Below, piece by piece: positions 20,000 to 30,334 of a DNA stretch of 64,000 bases. The notes under the pieces are model-generated. The model worked only from the letters and a program-made list of their open reading frames with translations, did no database searches and was not told where the DNA came from. This DNA comes from Fluviicola sp. (GTDB lineage: Bacteria > Bacteroidota > Bacteroidia > Flavobacteriales_D > Crocinitomicaceae), in NCBI GenBank assembly GCA_049241705.1, contig JBMLQF010000196.1, positions 17,946 through 81,945 on the forward strand, given 5' to 3'. Both the position numbers and the translations under genes were made by a program. The number at the start of each line of letters is the position of its first letter. Positions within the stretch are counted from its first letter, which is position 1.

Positions 20000-21082
20000 A
20001 TGCAGGATCTATTAAGCAAGCTTGAAGCAATCCACTTTCGTTTTGTGGAAGTAGGTAAGATGATTACCGATCCGGATATCATTTCGGATATGGATCGCTA
20101 TGTGAAATTGAATAAAGAATACCGTGACCTGGAAGAGGTTGATACGGCATATAAGAACTACAAGAACATTTTAGATAATCTGAAAAGTGCGAAGGAACTG
20201 TTGGAAATTGAAACAGATCCTGAAATGCGCGAGATGGCTAAAATGGAGATTGATAGTTTGGAAACGCAACGTCCTGAATTGGAGGAGGAGATCAAAATGT
20301 TATTGATCCCGAAAGATCCGGAAGACGACAAGAATGCTATTTTGGAATTGCGTGCCGGAACTGGTGGAGATGAGGCCTGTATTTTCGTCGAGGATGTTTT
20401 CCGCATGTACACGATGTATTTCAAAGAAATGGGCTGGCAATATGATATTCTGAATTCTTCTGAAGGAGGAACAAAAGGATACAAAGAGATTTCCATGGAA
20501 GTTACCGGCGCCGGGATCTATGGTATGCTCAAATTCGAATCAGGTGTACACCGCGTACAACGCGTTCCAGAAACGGAGTCGCAAGGACGTGTGCATACAT
20601 CCGCAATTACGGTGGCAGTTTTGCCGGAGGCGGAAGAAGTAGATTTTGACCTGGACATGAACGATGTGCGTAAAGACACTTTCCGTGCATCAGGAGCTGG
20701 AGGACAGCACATTAACAAAACTGAATCTGCGATCCGTTTAACTCATATCCCAACCGGTTTGGTGGTGGAATGTCAAGATGGTCGTTCCCAGCATAAAAAC
20801 TTAGAAAAAGCGATTTCAGTATTGCGCTCGCGTTTGTACCAATTGGAGTTAGACCGTGTGCAATCTGAACGTGCTGCACAGCGCAAGACCTTGGTTTCAA
20901 CCGGTGACCGCTCCGCGAAGATCCGTACCTACAATTACCCGCAAGGACGAATTACCGATCACCGCATCAATAAAACGATGTACAATTTGGGCGCCTTTAT
21001 GAACGGTGATATCCAAGAAATGATCGATGCTTTGAAAATGGCCGAGAATGCGGAGAAAATGAAAGGTGAGGGGGTTGTATAA
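20000..21082 (+). CDS. prfA: Peptide chain release factor 1
   Basis: GTGGDEA, PETESQGRVHTS (PxT motif), GAGGQH, IRTYNYPQGR. Confidence 0.97.
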   Translation: MQDLLSKLEAIHFRFVEVGKMITDPDIISDMDRYVKLNKEYRDLEEVDTAYKNYKNILDNLKSAKELLEIETDPEMREMAKMEIDSLETQRPELEEEIKMLLIPKDPEDDKNAILELRAGTGGDEACIFVEDVFRMYTMYFKEMGWQYDILNSSEGGTKGYKEISMEVTGAGIYGMLKFESGVHRVQRVPETESQGRVHTSAITVAVLPEAEEVDFDLDMNDVRKDTFRASGAGGQHINKTESAIRLTHIPTGLVVECQDGRSQHKNLEKAISVLRSRLYQLELDRVQSERAAQRKTLVSTGDRSAKIRTYNYPQGRITDHRINKTMYNLGAFMNGDIQEMIDALKMAENAEKMKGEGVV

Positions 21083-21196
21083 ACTTCCTTTTTTATTTTC
21101 CAATAAACCCGTTTTTCTACCGTTGAAGGATTTTGTGATATTTTTCTGTGTAATTCGTGAATAAAAGCGGAATTTTGCACCTCAATCACTTTTTGT

Positions 21197-23518
21197 ATGA
21201 AATTTTTCATCCTGACATGCCTGTTCTTATTAAGTTTTGGTGCGATGGCACAAGAAAAGGCTACCATTAGCGGTACCATCAAAGACGCCAAGACCGGTGA
21301 AGAAATGATCGGCGCCTCTATTAAAGTAAAAGATCAACTTCTTGGAACGGTGACCAATGAATATGGATTCTTTTCATTGACGCTTCCGAAAGGAACGTAC
21401 ATGATCGTATTTTCCTCTATTGATTACAAGCCTCAAGAGAAGTCCATCACTTTGAACGAGAATATACAAATGGATATTCAATTGGAACCGGTGAATACGG
21501 CAACTGAAATAGAAGAAGTTACCGTTGAAGCTACTCGCCCAGATGCATCTGTAAAGGATCCGATCATGGGCGTGGAGAAATTGGACCCTAAGGAAATTGC
21601 CAAGATTCCGGTGATTTTCGGGGAAAAAGACTTGATCAAAACCATGCAGTTGTTGCCGGGTGTGAAGAATGCGGGTGAGGGGAGTTCTGGATTTTATGTT
21701 CGTGGCGGTGGTGCCGATCAAAATTTGATCCTCCTGGACGAAGCACCAGTTTACAATGCTTCCCATTTATTAGGTTTCTTCTCTACATTCAATTCGGACG
21801 CGATCAAAGATGCAACTCTTTACAAAGGAAATCAGCCCGCGAATTTTGGTGGTCGTTTGAGTTCTGTGCTCGATATCAAAATGAACGAGGGGAATAGCAA
21901 GCGCTACAATGTGAGTGGCGGACTTGGTTTGATCTCCTCAAAACTGAATGTGGAAGGACCGATAGTAAAGGATAAAGCTTCCTTTTTGATCACCGGTCGA
22001 AGAACCTATGCCGATCTCTTCCTGAAAGCAACAGAAGAATTTAAAGATAACCGGTTGTATTTCTATGACCTGAATGCCAAATTGAATTACCGTATCAACC
22101 AGAAAAATCGCTTGTTCCTGTCAGGGTATTTCGGTCGCGATAAATTGGGTTTGGGCGATGTTTTTGGAATTGACTGGGGAAATACTACGGGAACTTTGCG
22201 TTGGAACCATGTGGTGAACGATAAATTATTCTCCAACACAAGCTTCATCTATTCCAAATACGATTACAAGATCAATATTTCAGGTGGAGATGTTTCTTTC
22301 TCCATTCGTTCACAGATCGAAGACCTCAACTTGAAACAAGAATTTCAATATTTCGTCAATACCCGCAATAAGATCCGCTTTGGAGCGAATGTGATCCGAC
22401 ATGCCATTACTCCTGGTCAAGTAGAAGCTAGTGAAGGTTCAGGGATCAATGCAGAGCGCTTCAATCCTACACCAACCATCGAGACGGCGGCCTTCGTGAC
22501 CAATGATTTTACGGTCAATGAGAAGTTGACAATCAATTATGGCGTCCGTTATTCATTGCTGACTGTTTTAGGAAATGGCGATGAAATGTATACCTACAAC
22601 ACGGACGGATCTGTTGCAACCACGAATATCTATTCAAAAGGTAAGGTTTTGAAGAGTTATCACAATTTGGAGCCGCGCGCATCTTTTAGTTGGGAATATT
22701 TGAAAGGACAATCGATCAAAGGAGCTTACTCCAGAAATACACAAAACATTCACCAGGTATCGAACGCCACTTCCGGTTCACCAACGGATGTGTGGTTGTC
22801 ATCAAGCATGAACATCAAACCCGGGATTTCGGATCAGGTGGCTTTGGGTTGGTTCAAGAACTTCAAAGAGAACATGTTCGAGGTGAATACCGAATTGTAT
22901 TACAAATGGATGCAGAACCAGCTTGATTACCGCAATGGTGCGAACGAGCAAGCGAACGAAAAATTAGAAGGAGAATTGCTCTCCGGAATCGGTCGCGCTT
23001 ATGGAATCGAATTGATGTTGCGCAAAAAGACAGGTAAATTCACCGGATGGATCGGGTATACCCTTTCGCGCACGGAGCGTAAGATCGACGGAATCAATAA
23101 CAACAATTGGTATCTTGCCAAGCAAGACCGCACACATGATATTTCAGTAGTAGGGATTTACGATCTTACTAAAAAATTGTCGATTTCAGCTTTGTTTGTT
23201 TTCTATACTGGAAACGCAGTGACCTTCCCTTCCGGAAAGTATTCAATTGATGGCGAAACATACTTCATTTATACCGAACGAAATGCCTACCGCATGCCGA
23301 ACTATCACCGTTTGGATTTGGCATTGACATGGCAACGTAAGAATACTGAAAAGTTCGAGAGTAGCTGGAATTTCTCGATCTACAATGTTTATGCGCGTGA
23401 AAATGCTTACAGCATAACTTTCCGCGAGAATGCCGATGACCCAAATAAAACAGAAGCGGTACAAACAACCTTGTTCAAATTGGTTCCGGCCATTACATAT
23501 AACTTCAAATTCAAATAA
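21197..23518 (+). CDS. TonB-dependent receptor with N-terminal carboxypeptidase-like domain
   Basis: Signal peptide, plug motifs (LLPGV, VRGGGADQN), barrel ending YNFKFK. Confidence 0.9.
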   Translation: MKFFILTCLFLLSFGAMAQEKATISGTIKDAKTGEEMIGASIKVKDQLLGTVTNEYGFFSLTLPKGTYMIVFSSIDYKPQEKSITLNENIQMDIQLEPVNTATEIEEVTVEATRPDASVKDPIMGVEKLDPKEIAKIPVIFGEKDLIKTMQLLPGVKNAGEGSSGFYVRGGGADQNLILLDEAPVYNASHLLGFFSTFNSDAIKDATLYKGNQPANFGGRLSSVLDIKMNEGNSKRYNVSGGLGLISSKLNVEGPIVKDKASFLITGRRTYADLFLKATEEFKDNRLYFYDLNAKLNYRINQKNRLFLSGYFGRDKLGLGDVFGIDWGNTTGTLRWNHVVNDKLFSNTSFIYSKYDYKINISGGDVSFSIRSQIEDLNLKQEFQYFVNTRNKIRFGANVIRHAITPGQVEASEGSGINAERFNPTPTIETAAFVTNDFTVNEKLTINYGVRYSLLTVLGNGDEMYTYNTDGSVATTNIYSKGKVLKSYHNLEPRASFSWEYLKGQSIKGAYSRNTQNIHQVSNATSGSPTDVWLSSSMNIKPGISDQVALGWFKNFKENMFEVNTELYYKWMQNQLDYRNGANEQANEKLEGELLSGIGRAYGIELMLRKKTGKFTGWIGYTLSRTERKIDGINNNNWYLAKQDRTHDISVVGIYDLTKKLSISALFVFYTGNAVTFPSGKYSIDGETYFIYTERNAYRMPNYHRLDLALTWQRKNTEKFESSWNFSIYNVYARENAYSITFRENADDPNKTEAVQTTLFKLVPAITYNFKFK

Positions 23519-23519
23519 G

Positions 23520-24293
23520 ATGAGATATTTTTTAAGCCTAGTAATTGGATTGAGCTTCTTGAGCATCCAATCATGTCAGAAAGTGATTGATATCGATCTG
23601 AACGAAGAAGATCCGAAAGTAGTGATCGAGGGAAACATTGAAATGGGAGATACGACGCATACTATTTCCGTTACACGTTCCTTGAATTTTGACGAATCAA
23701 TGGCATACCCTGCAGTGAATGATGCCGTAGTAACTGTTACGGATAATCTGGGAAATACAGCTTCATTCACACTTGTAGGAAATGGGATCTACCAGCTTTC
23801 CGGATATCCGGGAGTGGTTGGTCGAACATACACGATTACTGTATTGGTAGATGGAAAAATCTTTACGGCCTCTAGCAAAATGAATACTTTCGTTCCATTG
23901 AACGATTTATATACCCAAGATCTGTTATTTGGGCAGGATACTTTCCGCACGATAATCGCTGAAAGGCAAGACCCGGCTAATGAATCCAATTACTATCAAT
24001 TTCACATTTATCGCAATGGAGAAAAGGAGAAAGGGATCTTCTTGCAAGACGATCAATTTGTTGATGGAAACCTGACCTTACAACCCTTGTTCATCAATGA
24101 GCTGAATCCGGGTGACACCTTGCGCGTGGATGTTTTCTGCATCGATAAACCGATCTACGAGTACTTCAATCAATTGAGTGTCAATTCTGCAGGTCAGGCC
24201 ACTCCTGCCAATCCGGTGTCGAATTTCAGTGGTGGATGTTACGGGTATTTCGGGGCACGAACCTTTAGTTCTAAAACGTTTATTGTTCCCTAA
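23520..24293 (+). CDS. DUF4249-like lipoprotein partner of the TBDR
   Basis: Lipobox IQSC then QKVIDIDL; NPVSNFSGGCYGYFGA C-terminus; 1 nt after the TBDR stop. Confidence 0.75.
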   Translation: MRYFLSLVIGLSFLSIQSCQKVIDIDLNEEDPKVVIEGNIEMGDTTHTISVTRSLNFDESMAYPAVNDAVVTVTDNLGNTASFTLVGNGIYQLSGYPGVVGRTYTITVLVDGKIFTASSKMNTFVPLNDLYTQDLLFGQDTFRTIIAERQDPANESNYYQFHIYRNGEKEKGIFLQDDQFVDGNLTLQPLFINELNPGDTLRVDVFCIDKPIYEYFNQLSVNSAGQATPANPVSNFSGGCYGYFGARTFSSKTFIVP

Positions 24294-24327
24294 GGATTAA
24301 AGGTTTTCTTCTTTCCCTGAATAAGCG

Positions 24328-24335
24328 TACTTTTG
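24328..24335 (+). promoter_or_regulatory. -7 promoter element for pyrF
   Basis: TACTTTTG upstream of ATG 24357. Confidence 0.55.
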
Positions 24336-24356
24336 TGCCCTTGAAGCACTAAACGT

Positions 24357-25181
24357 ATGACAAAAGCAGCATTAGTTTCAGAGATCAAAGCCAAAAGATC
24401 GTTCTTGTGTGTAGGATTGGATACAGACCTTTCCAAGATCCCGCCACATTTATTAAATGAAAGCGATCCTGTTTTTGCCTTCAACAAAGCGATCATTGAT
24501 GCTACTCATGACTTGTGTGTAGCCTACAAGCCGAACATTGCTTTTTACGAATGTTTAGGTCCGAAAGGTTGGGATGCTTTGCAAAAAACGGTTGATTATA
24601 TTCAGGAGCATACCTCTTGTATGGTTATCGCGGATGCAAAGCGTGGAGACATCGGAAATACTTCTTTGTATTACGCAAAAACCTTTTTTGAATACCTTAA
24701 CTGCGATGCTGTTACTGTGGCCCCATACATGGGCGAAGATTCTGTAACACCTTTTCAGGAATACAAAGATAAATGGGTGATCCTCTTAGCTTTGACATCG
24801 AATAAAGGAGCGCTGGATTTTCAATTCATGACGGATGTTAAAGGGGAGGAGTTGTACAAAAAAGTGTTGCGTAAATCGTCGAATTGGGGAACCGATGAAA
24901 ATCTGATGTACGTAGTAGGTGCAACGCGCGCTGAAGGAATAGGCGAAGTACGCAAGATAGTTCCGAATCATTTCTTTTTAGTACCGGGTGTTGGCGCTCA
25001 AGGCGGAAGTTTGGAAGATGTCGTGAACTACGGATGGAATGCCGATTGCGGTTTGTTGGTGAATGCTTCGCGTTCTATTTTGTACGCATCAACAGCTACT
25101 GATTTTGCCGAGAAAGCACGTCAGGAAGCCCAGGATCTGCAACAACAAATGGACCGTTGTTTGGTCGAAAAGAATTGGTAA
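24357..25181 (+). CDS. pyrF: Orotidine-5'-phosphate decarboxylase
   Basis: [46 protein letters not shown]. Confidence 0.95.
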   Translation: MTKAALVSEIKAKRSFLCVGLDTDLSKIPPHLLNESDPVFAFNKAIIDATHDLCVAYKPNIAFYECLGPKGWDALQKTVDYIQEHTSCMVIADAKRGDIGNTSLYYAKTFFEYLNCDAVTVAPYMGEDSVTPFQEYKDKWVILLALTSNKGALDFQFMTDVKGEELYKKVLRKSSNWGTDENLMYVVGATRAEGIGEVRKIVPNHFFLVPGVGAQGGSLEDVVNYGWNADCGLLVNASRSILYASTATDFAEKARQEAQDLQQQMDRCLVEKNW

Positions 25182-25216
25182 GATCGATTTCAATCTAACG
25201 CAGTTTCCGCGATCTC

Positions 25217-26107
25217 ATGGTAAATAGTGTCGAACAATTAGTGATCCTGATCAGCACGCCAATTTATGTGCTTTTGATTGGTGGTGAATGGTTGATGAGT
25301 CATTATTTGAACCGTAAATTGTACGGTTTGAAAGACACTTTGATGAATGTCTATTTCATGCTGGCAAATATGAGTGTAGACCTGCTTATGCGCGGGGTTA
25401 CTTTATTCGTATTGCTTGGGATGGCTCAGCTCGCATTTGTAGAATGGACCGAAAAGAACTGGATCTATTGGACACTTTTATTCTTACTGGAAGATTTAGC
25501 ATTCTATTGGCTGCATCGCACGGATCACATAGTTCGCTTGTTTTGGGCGGTACATGTAACACACCACTCGTCGGAGAATTTTAATTTTACCACGGGTTTT
25601 CGCTCTTCGGTGTTTCAACCGGTTTATCGTTTTCTTTGGTTCATCCCGATCGTTTTGTTGGGTTTCTCTCCGATCGATATTTTTGTCATGTATGCAATCA
25701 CGCAAACTTACGGGATCATTGTGCACACGCAAGGCGTGAAAAAATTGGGAGTGCTGGAATATATTTTTGTAACACCTTCACATCACCGGGTACATCATGC
25801 ATCGAATGTGCGCTACTTGGATAAGAACATGGGGATGATCCTCATCATTTGGGATAAATTATTTGGTACTTTCCAAGAAGAAGTGGATGAAGACCCGGTT
25901 GTGTTTGGTTTGTACGAAAAGAAAGCACCTATGAATCCTGTCGGAGCAGTGTTCCATGAATGGCAATCCATTTGGAAAGATGTTCAAAAAGCACCAACTT
26001 GGAAGGATAAATGGAATTATCTAACGCAACCTCCTGGTTGGAGTCACGATGGTTCCACGTTAACGGCAGATCAATTGAGAGAACAACAAAACATGCTGGA
26101 ATCATGA
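25217..26107 (+). CDS. Sterol desaturase / alkylglycerol monooxygenase-like fatty acid hydroxylase superfamily protein
   Basis: His boxes YWLHRTDH, HVTHHSS, HHRVHH; YLDKNMG; WDKLFGTF. Confidence 0.85.
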   Translation: MVNSVEQLVILISTPIYVLLIGGEWLMSHYLNRKLYGLKDTLMNVYFMLANMSVDLLMRGVTLFVLLGMAQLAFVEWTEKNWIYWTLLFLLEDLAFYWLHRTDHIVRLFWAVHVTHHSSENFNFTTGFRSSVFQPVYRFLWFIPIVLLGFSPIDIFVMYAITQTYGIIVHTQGVKKLGVLEYIFVTPSHHRVHHASNVRYLDKNMGMILIIWDKLFGTFQEEVDEDPVVFGLYEKKAPMNPVGAVFHEWQSIWKDVQKAPTWKDKWNYLTQPPGWSHDGSTLTADQLREQQNMLES

Positions 26108-26709
26108 AAAGCGAAACGATGAAAGAACAATTGGCCCAAACCATTCGCGCCTACAACCAGAAAGGATGGTCGCCCGCAACATCAACAAACTATTCGTTCC
26201 GCATTCCGGAATTTCCGGATGTGATCTGCGTTTCCCGAAGTGGCGTGGATAAATCGCAGTTCGATGCGAATGATTTCATCGAAGTGGATTTGAATGGCCA
26301 AGTGTTACCTGCTTTTGCAGGAATAAAACCATCGGCAGAGACCTTGATCCATTGTACGTTGTATAAATTATACCCGGAAATGCAATGCATCTTGCACAGC
26401 CACTCCGTTTATTCCGTGCTCCATTCTGCCGTAAATACGGATTCTGTGGCGTTGGAAGGTTATGAATTGTTGAAGGGCTATGAAGGAATCGGCACACACG
26501 AAACTGCTGTGGAACTTCCCATTTTCGACAACACCCAAGACATGGTGCAGTTTTCTCAAGTATTGAACGACCAAAAACAGCGCTTGACCGTACCGGCATT
26601 CATCATGCGCAAACACGGAACCTATGCATGGGGTCGTGACTTGTTCGAAGCAAAACGCCATTTAGAAACCACTGAGTACTTGCTGGAGGTGGAGTGGAAG
26701 TTGCGGTAA
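26104..26709 (+). CDS. mtnB: Methylthioribulose-1-phosphate dehydratase
   Basis: GWSPATSTNYS, SRSGVDK, KPSAETLIH, HSHS, HGTYAWG. ATG 26104 overlaps the upstream TGA. Confidence 0.9.
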   Translation: MKSETMKEQLAQTIRAYNQKGWSPATSTNYSFRIPEFPDVICVSRSGVDKSQFDANDFIEVDLNGQVLPAFAGIKPSAETLIHCTLYKLYPEMQCILHSHSVYSVLHSAVNTDSVALEGYELLKGYEGIGTHETAVELPIFDNTQDMVQFSQVLNDQKQRLTVPAFIMRKHGTYAWGRDLFEAKRHLETTEYLLEVEWKLR

Positions 26710-26797
26710 TCCTAATTTTTCTAAATAAAGGTGAACGAAATGAGTAGTGCAATTGTTTTTGATTAAAAAATATTACCTTGGTAACTAAATTCATCAT

Positions 26798-27943
26798 ATG
26801 AGCCGCAAATTGAACCGTCGCACATTCGTAGAACGCTTTACATTAGCCGCGGGGAGTTTATTTTCCCTTCCTTTGCTGGCAAAAACTGAATCGAACATTT
26901 CAAAAGAAAACACTATGGAAGAACAAGAACATCCGGTAAAAAAAGTACGCAAACTCGGTTTTCAGTGGGATACTTTGGATCCGTTCCTATTTTGTGTGCA
27001 TCACGAAGACCATTTCCCGAAAGGAAACGATGAAATGGGGCCGGATGCGAGTTACTTCCAAGGCCGTCACATGGGCGATGATTTCATCATCAAAGATGGC
27101 TTTCGCATGTACCATGGAAAAACCGTTCCAGGTTTCCCGGGTCACCCACATCGTGGATTTGAAACAGTAACAGTTGTTCGTAAAGGATTGGTAGATCATG
27201 CCGATTCATTGGGTGCAGCCGGTCGTTATGGAAATGGCGACGTGCAATGGATGACCGCCGGAAAAGGAGTACAACACTCAGAAATGTTCCCGCTTTTGGA
27301 TGCAGAAAAAGACAATCCGCTGGAATTATTCCAGATCTGGTTGAATCTGCCAAAACGCAACAAAATGGTAGAGCCGCACTTCAAAATGTTGTGGAAAGAG
27401 AGCATTCCCATGATCGAAGTGAGTTCTGGAAAGGGCTTGTCAAAGATCGAATTGATCACCGGAAAATGGTTTAAGGATCAGGCGCCTGTTCCGCCACCAA
27501 ATTCATGGGCCGCCGACCCGACAAATGAAGTCTTGATCGCAAATATTAAAATGGAACCGAATTCCCAACTGGAATTGCCTCTGGCAGCCAAAGGAGTGAA
27601 CCGTATGGTATACGTGTATGAAGGAAACGGAGTTCAAATCGCACAGCAAGTGATTCCGGAATACGCCGGGGTAGAAATGCGAGCGCATGTGAAAACGATC
27701 ATCGAAACTGGATCGGAAGAGGTAAGTATCCTCATTTTGCAGGGGAAACCGATCGGAGAGCAAGTGATCCAATACGGACCGTTCGTCATGAATACGAAAG
27801 AAGAGATCCACCAAGCTTTCGACGATTATCACAAGACACAATTCGGTGGTTGGCCATGGCCGCGCTACGACCAAGTGCATGATCGCTCAAAAACACGCTT
27901 CGCGAAACACGCCGACGGCACAGAAGAGATCAAAGAAGCTTAA
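26798..27943 (+). CDS. Pirin-family bicupin with Tat-like leader
   Basis: DPFLFCVHH, HPHRGFETVT, QWMTAGKGVQHSE, FQIWLNLP, GPFVMNT; N-terminal NRRTFV. Confidence 0.9.
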   Translation: MSRKLNRRTFVERFTLAAGSLFSLPLLAKTESNISKENTMEEQEHPVKKVRKLGFQWDTLDPFLFCVHHEDHFPKGNDEMGPDASYFQGRHMGDDFIIKDGFRMYHGKTVPGFPGHPHRGFETVTVVRKGLVDHADSLGAAGRYGNGDVQWMTAGKGVQHSEMFPLLDAEKDNPLELFQIWLNLPKRNKMVEPHFKMLWKESIPMIEVSSGKGLSKIELITGKWFKDQAPVPPPNSWAADPTNEVLIANIKMEPNSQLELPLAAKGVNRMVYVYEGNGVQIAQQVIPEYAGVEMRAHVKTIIETGSEEVSILILQGKPIGEQVIQYGPFVMNTKEEIHQAFDDYHKTQFGGWPWPRYDQVHDRSKTRFAKHADGTEEIKEA

Positions 27944-28028
27944 AAATATGTGAGAAGAAAGTCGAGGGGGCATACCACAACCACTTTGACTTTTAATAGT
28001 TCAAAAGTTTCAACCGCAATCCTAAAAT

Positions 28029-28160
28029 CTTAATGCCCTTTAATGTCTTCATGTTTCACAAAAAGCGCTTAATGCTACTTAATGCCTTAATGGTTCAAAT
28101 TAAGTTCAAAAATTCAAGGATAAAAAACAATCCTCTTAATTCTTCTTTATGTCTCAATAA
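28029..28160. repeat. Three clusters of tripled CTTAATG-like heptamers beside the GxxExxY gene
   Basis: Units at 28029, 28039, 28047; at 28068, 28078, 28086; degenerate set at 28135, 28145, 28153. Confidence 0.7.
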
Positions 28161-28561
28161 TCTGGCAATGACCTATAAATCTCATTTACCAGCGGCTTCA
28201 TCGCATGAGTAATGTTATGCGTATGAAAATTGATCAGCAACCCTTGTGGTTTCTTCAACAGTCTCATGTATGTCATTAATTGAGCCGAATGAATAGGTTG
28301 TAAATTCTCAACAGCCTTCAATTCCACTAAGACACAATCGTTTACCAAAAGATCCAAACGCAAATCAGTGTCCAGTTGTAGACCATCATAATTTATCGGA
28401 ACACGAACTTCAGTTTGCACATGAAAACCACTCTTGCGAAGCTCATATTCTAAACATTTCTGATAAACACTTTCCAGTAATCCAGCACCAAGAGCAGTGT
28501 GAACTTTAATAGCAGAATCGATGATGTCATACGATAACTGCTTTACTTCTGTTTTTGTCAT
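28154..28561 (-). CDS. GxxExxY protein (PD-(D/E)xK nuclease-like)
   Basis: LGAGLLESVYQKCL, RLDLLVNDCVLVELKAV, AQLMTYMRL, GLLINF. Start at MTKTEVK because the longer ORF overlaps the neighbouring gene. Confidence 0.9.
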   Translation of the reverse strand: MTKTEVKQLSYDIIDSAIKVHTALGAGLLESVYQKCLEYELRKSGFHVQTEVRVPINYDGLQLDTDLRLDLLVNDCVLVELKAVENLQPIHSAQLMTYMRLLKKPQGLLINFHTHNITHAMKPLVNEIYRSLPDY

Positions 28562-28613
28562 TGATTTAGGTTTTCCATTTAAGTTAATGAAAAAGTTCCC
28601 ATCAATACAAGTC

Positions 28614-29783
28614 CTAAAACGCCTCCCCGATAAAAATATACACCCCGTTCCCCTCACTCGTAAACGCCACGTCAAATCGCAACCAGACATCCTTTTTCGG
28701 GAACAACTGAAAGCGCAAGCCGGCACCTCCTGCTAGCAACAAACGACTTGGATGAAAAGGATCCGCATTATTGAATACGCTTCCTGTACTGGCGAACACT
28801 GCTGCTCCAAAACGCTTTGCAAAGGAGAAAGGCAACATACGGTATTCGGCTTGCGCGGCTAAATAATGCCGGTCTCGAAAACGACCCAGATAATAACCAC
28901 GCATCATACTTTCGCCACCTATCTGTGCCAATTGATTGAATGGGGCATTGCCAAATGTGAACTGACCATAAGCGTGCAGTGCCAAGGTATTGCGTTCGCG
29001 AATCTGCTTGAAGTAGCGTACATCTGTAAAGATCGATGAGAATTTATAGGAAGAAACGATCGCATCATTGTAGTGTAAGAAAGCTGCTTCTGCAAAAAAT
29101 CCATCCCGTACATTCAATACATTATGGCGATTATCATACAATATTCCTGCTCCAAATCCCAAATTTGTTGAGCCTTCATGTCCCAAAGGCAGATCAACAC
29201 TTTGTCCGTCAACCACATCGAAATTTACATTGCCCAAGTGTTGCAGATCCAATTCCAGACCTCCGTAAATGTTTCCATGTATCTTGTGTAAAATCCGTTC
29301 CTTGGCCTGAAAGGAAATAGCCTCAACCGTAGCCTTTTTCTGAGAAGTGGTATTTGGACCGATGCCGTAATAGGCAAGTGGAAAGCTCTGAAATTTCATT
29401 TTCCCCAAAAAGAACCATTTGTTTTTGTCTGAATAGATTGCATGTTCTAGTATCCCTCCATATTGGTTCTCCAGCGTATAAAATGCCAAACCATTCATTT
29501 CGCTTAAACGATTGTTCGTATCACCTTTAGCATAACGAACATACAGTGCGCTGATTCCAAATTCGAAACTTGTCTCGGGTGCATATGCTGCAATGGGATA
29601 GGCAATGAATTGAGGTTCGGATTTCGCAGTAGTGTCAAAAAAGATCTTTTTGACGTATCGTACCGGAAAGGATTCTTTTTTTTGCGCCAATGACGAAAAA
29701 CAGATGAATGAAAACAGGAGTATGAACTGGTTTTTGAATAATTTTGTGTGTAGATACATCTTCGTGTCTGTCGTTATCGTCAA
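28614..29783 (-). CDS. BamA/TamA (Omp85)-family outer membrane protein without POTRA domains
   Basis: YAPETSF, MRGYYLGRFRD loop-6 motif, C-terminal IGEAF. Start may be 29759. Confidence 0.8.
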   Translation of the reverse strand: MTITTDTKMYLHTKLFKNQFILLFSFICFSSLAQKKESFPVRYVKKIFFDTTAKSEPQFIAYPIAAYAPETSFEFGISALYVRYAKGDTNNRLSEMNGLAFYTLENQYGGILEHAIYSDKNKWFFLGKMKFQSFPLAYYGIGPNTTSQKKATVEAISFQAKERILHKIHGNIYGGLELDLQHLGNVNFDVVDGQSVDLPLGHEGSTNLGFGAGILYDNRHNVLNVRDGFFAEAAFLHYNDAIVSSYKFSSIFTDVRYFKQIRERNTLALHAYGQFTFGNAPFNQLAQIGGESMMRGYYLGRFRDRHYLAAQAEYRMLPFSFAKRFGAAVFASTGSVFNNADPFHPSRLLLAGGAGLRFQLFPKKDVWLRFDVAFTSEGNGVYIFIGEAF

Positions 29784-29794
29784 AAATACAAACT

Positions 29795-30334
29795 ATGGCA
29801 ATTCTTTCTATCCCGGATAAACAGCAAACGATCACTGATGTTTCAGCAATCCGTACTTTTTTGAATGATCGCGGTGTGTTTTTCGATCAATGGACCGCTG
29901 GTGTAGCTTTTGCAGATACCGCCACTCCGGATGAGATTTTAGATGCGTATGCACAGGATCTCAAACCTTTCATGGAAGCAGGGGGATACCAAACAGCAGA
30001 TGTGATCACGATCAATCACTTGACTGATAATTACGATGCGATTCGCGCGAAATTCTTGTCCGAACATACGCACAGCGAAGATGAGATCCGTTTCTTCGTG
30101 GATGGAGAAGGACTTTTTTGGTTCAATCTGGAAAACGAGCCTGTTTTCAATCTTTTATGTGAAAAAGGGGATTTGATCTCTGTCCCAGCCGGTACCAAAC
30201 ATTGGTTTGATGCCGGTGAAAAGAATCCCTTCGTGAAAGCGATCCGCATTTTTATCGATATGAGTGGTTGGGTACCTCATTACACGGAATCCAAGTTGGA
30301 GCAGCGCTTCTCTGATTTCAAAGTGGCGCGTTAA
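29795..30334 (+). CDS. mtnD: Acireductone dioxygenase
   Basis: FLSEHTHSEDEIRFFVDGEG, DLISVPAGTKHWFD, IRIF...GW. Confidence 0.92.
   Translation: MAILSIPDKQQTITDVSAIRTFLNDRGVFFDQWTAGVAFADTATPDEILDAYAQDLKPFMEAGGYQTADVITINHLTDNYDAIRAKFLSEHTHSEDEIRFFVDGEGLFWFNLENEPVFNLLCEKGDLISVPAGTKHWFDAGEKNPFVKAIRIFIDMSGWVPHYTESKLEQRFSDFKVAR

Noticed and set aside
28029-28160. CRISPR array
   Set aside because: Units are 7-bp heptamers in about 28-bp clusters without unique 30-40 bp spacers; no cas genes are in the window.
28562-28726. N-terminal extension of the GxxExxY ORF
   Set aside because: It overlaps the Omp85 C-terminus on the same strand; family-like sequence begins at MTKTEVK (28561).
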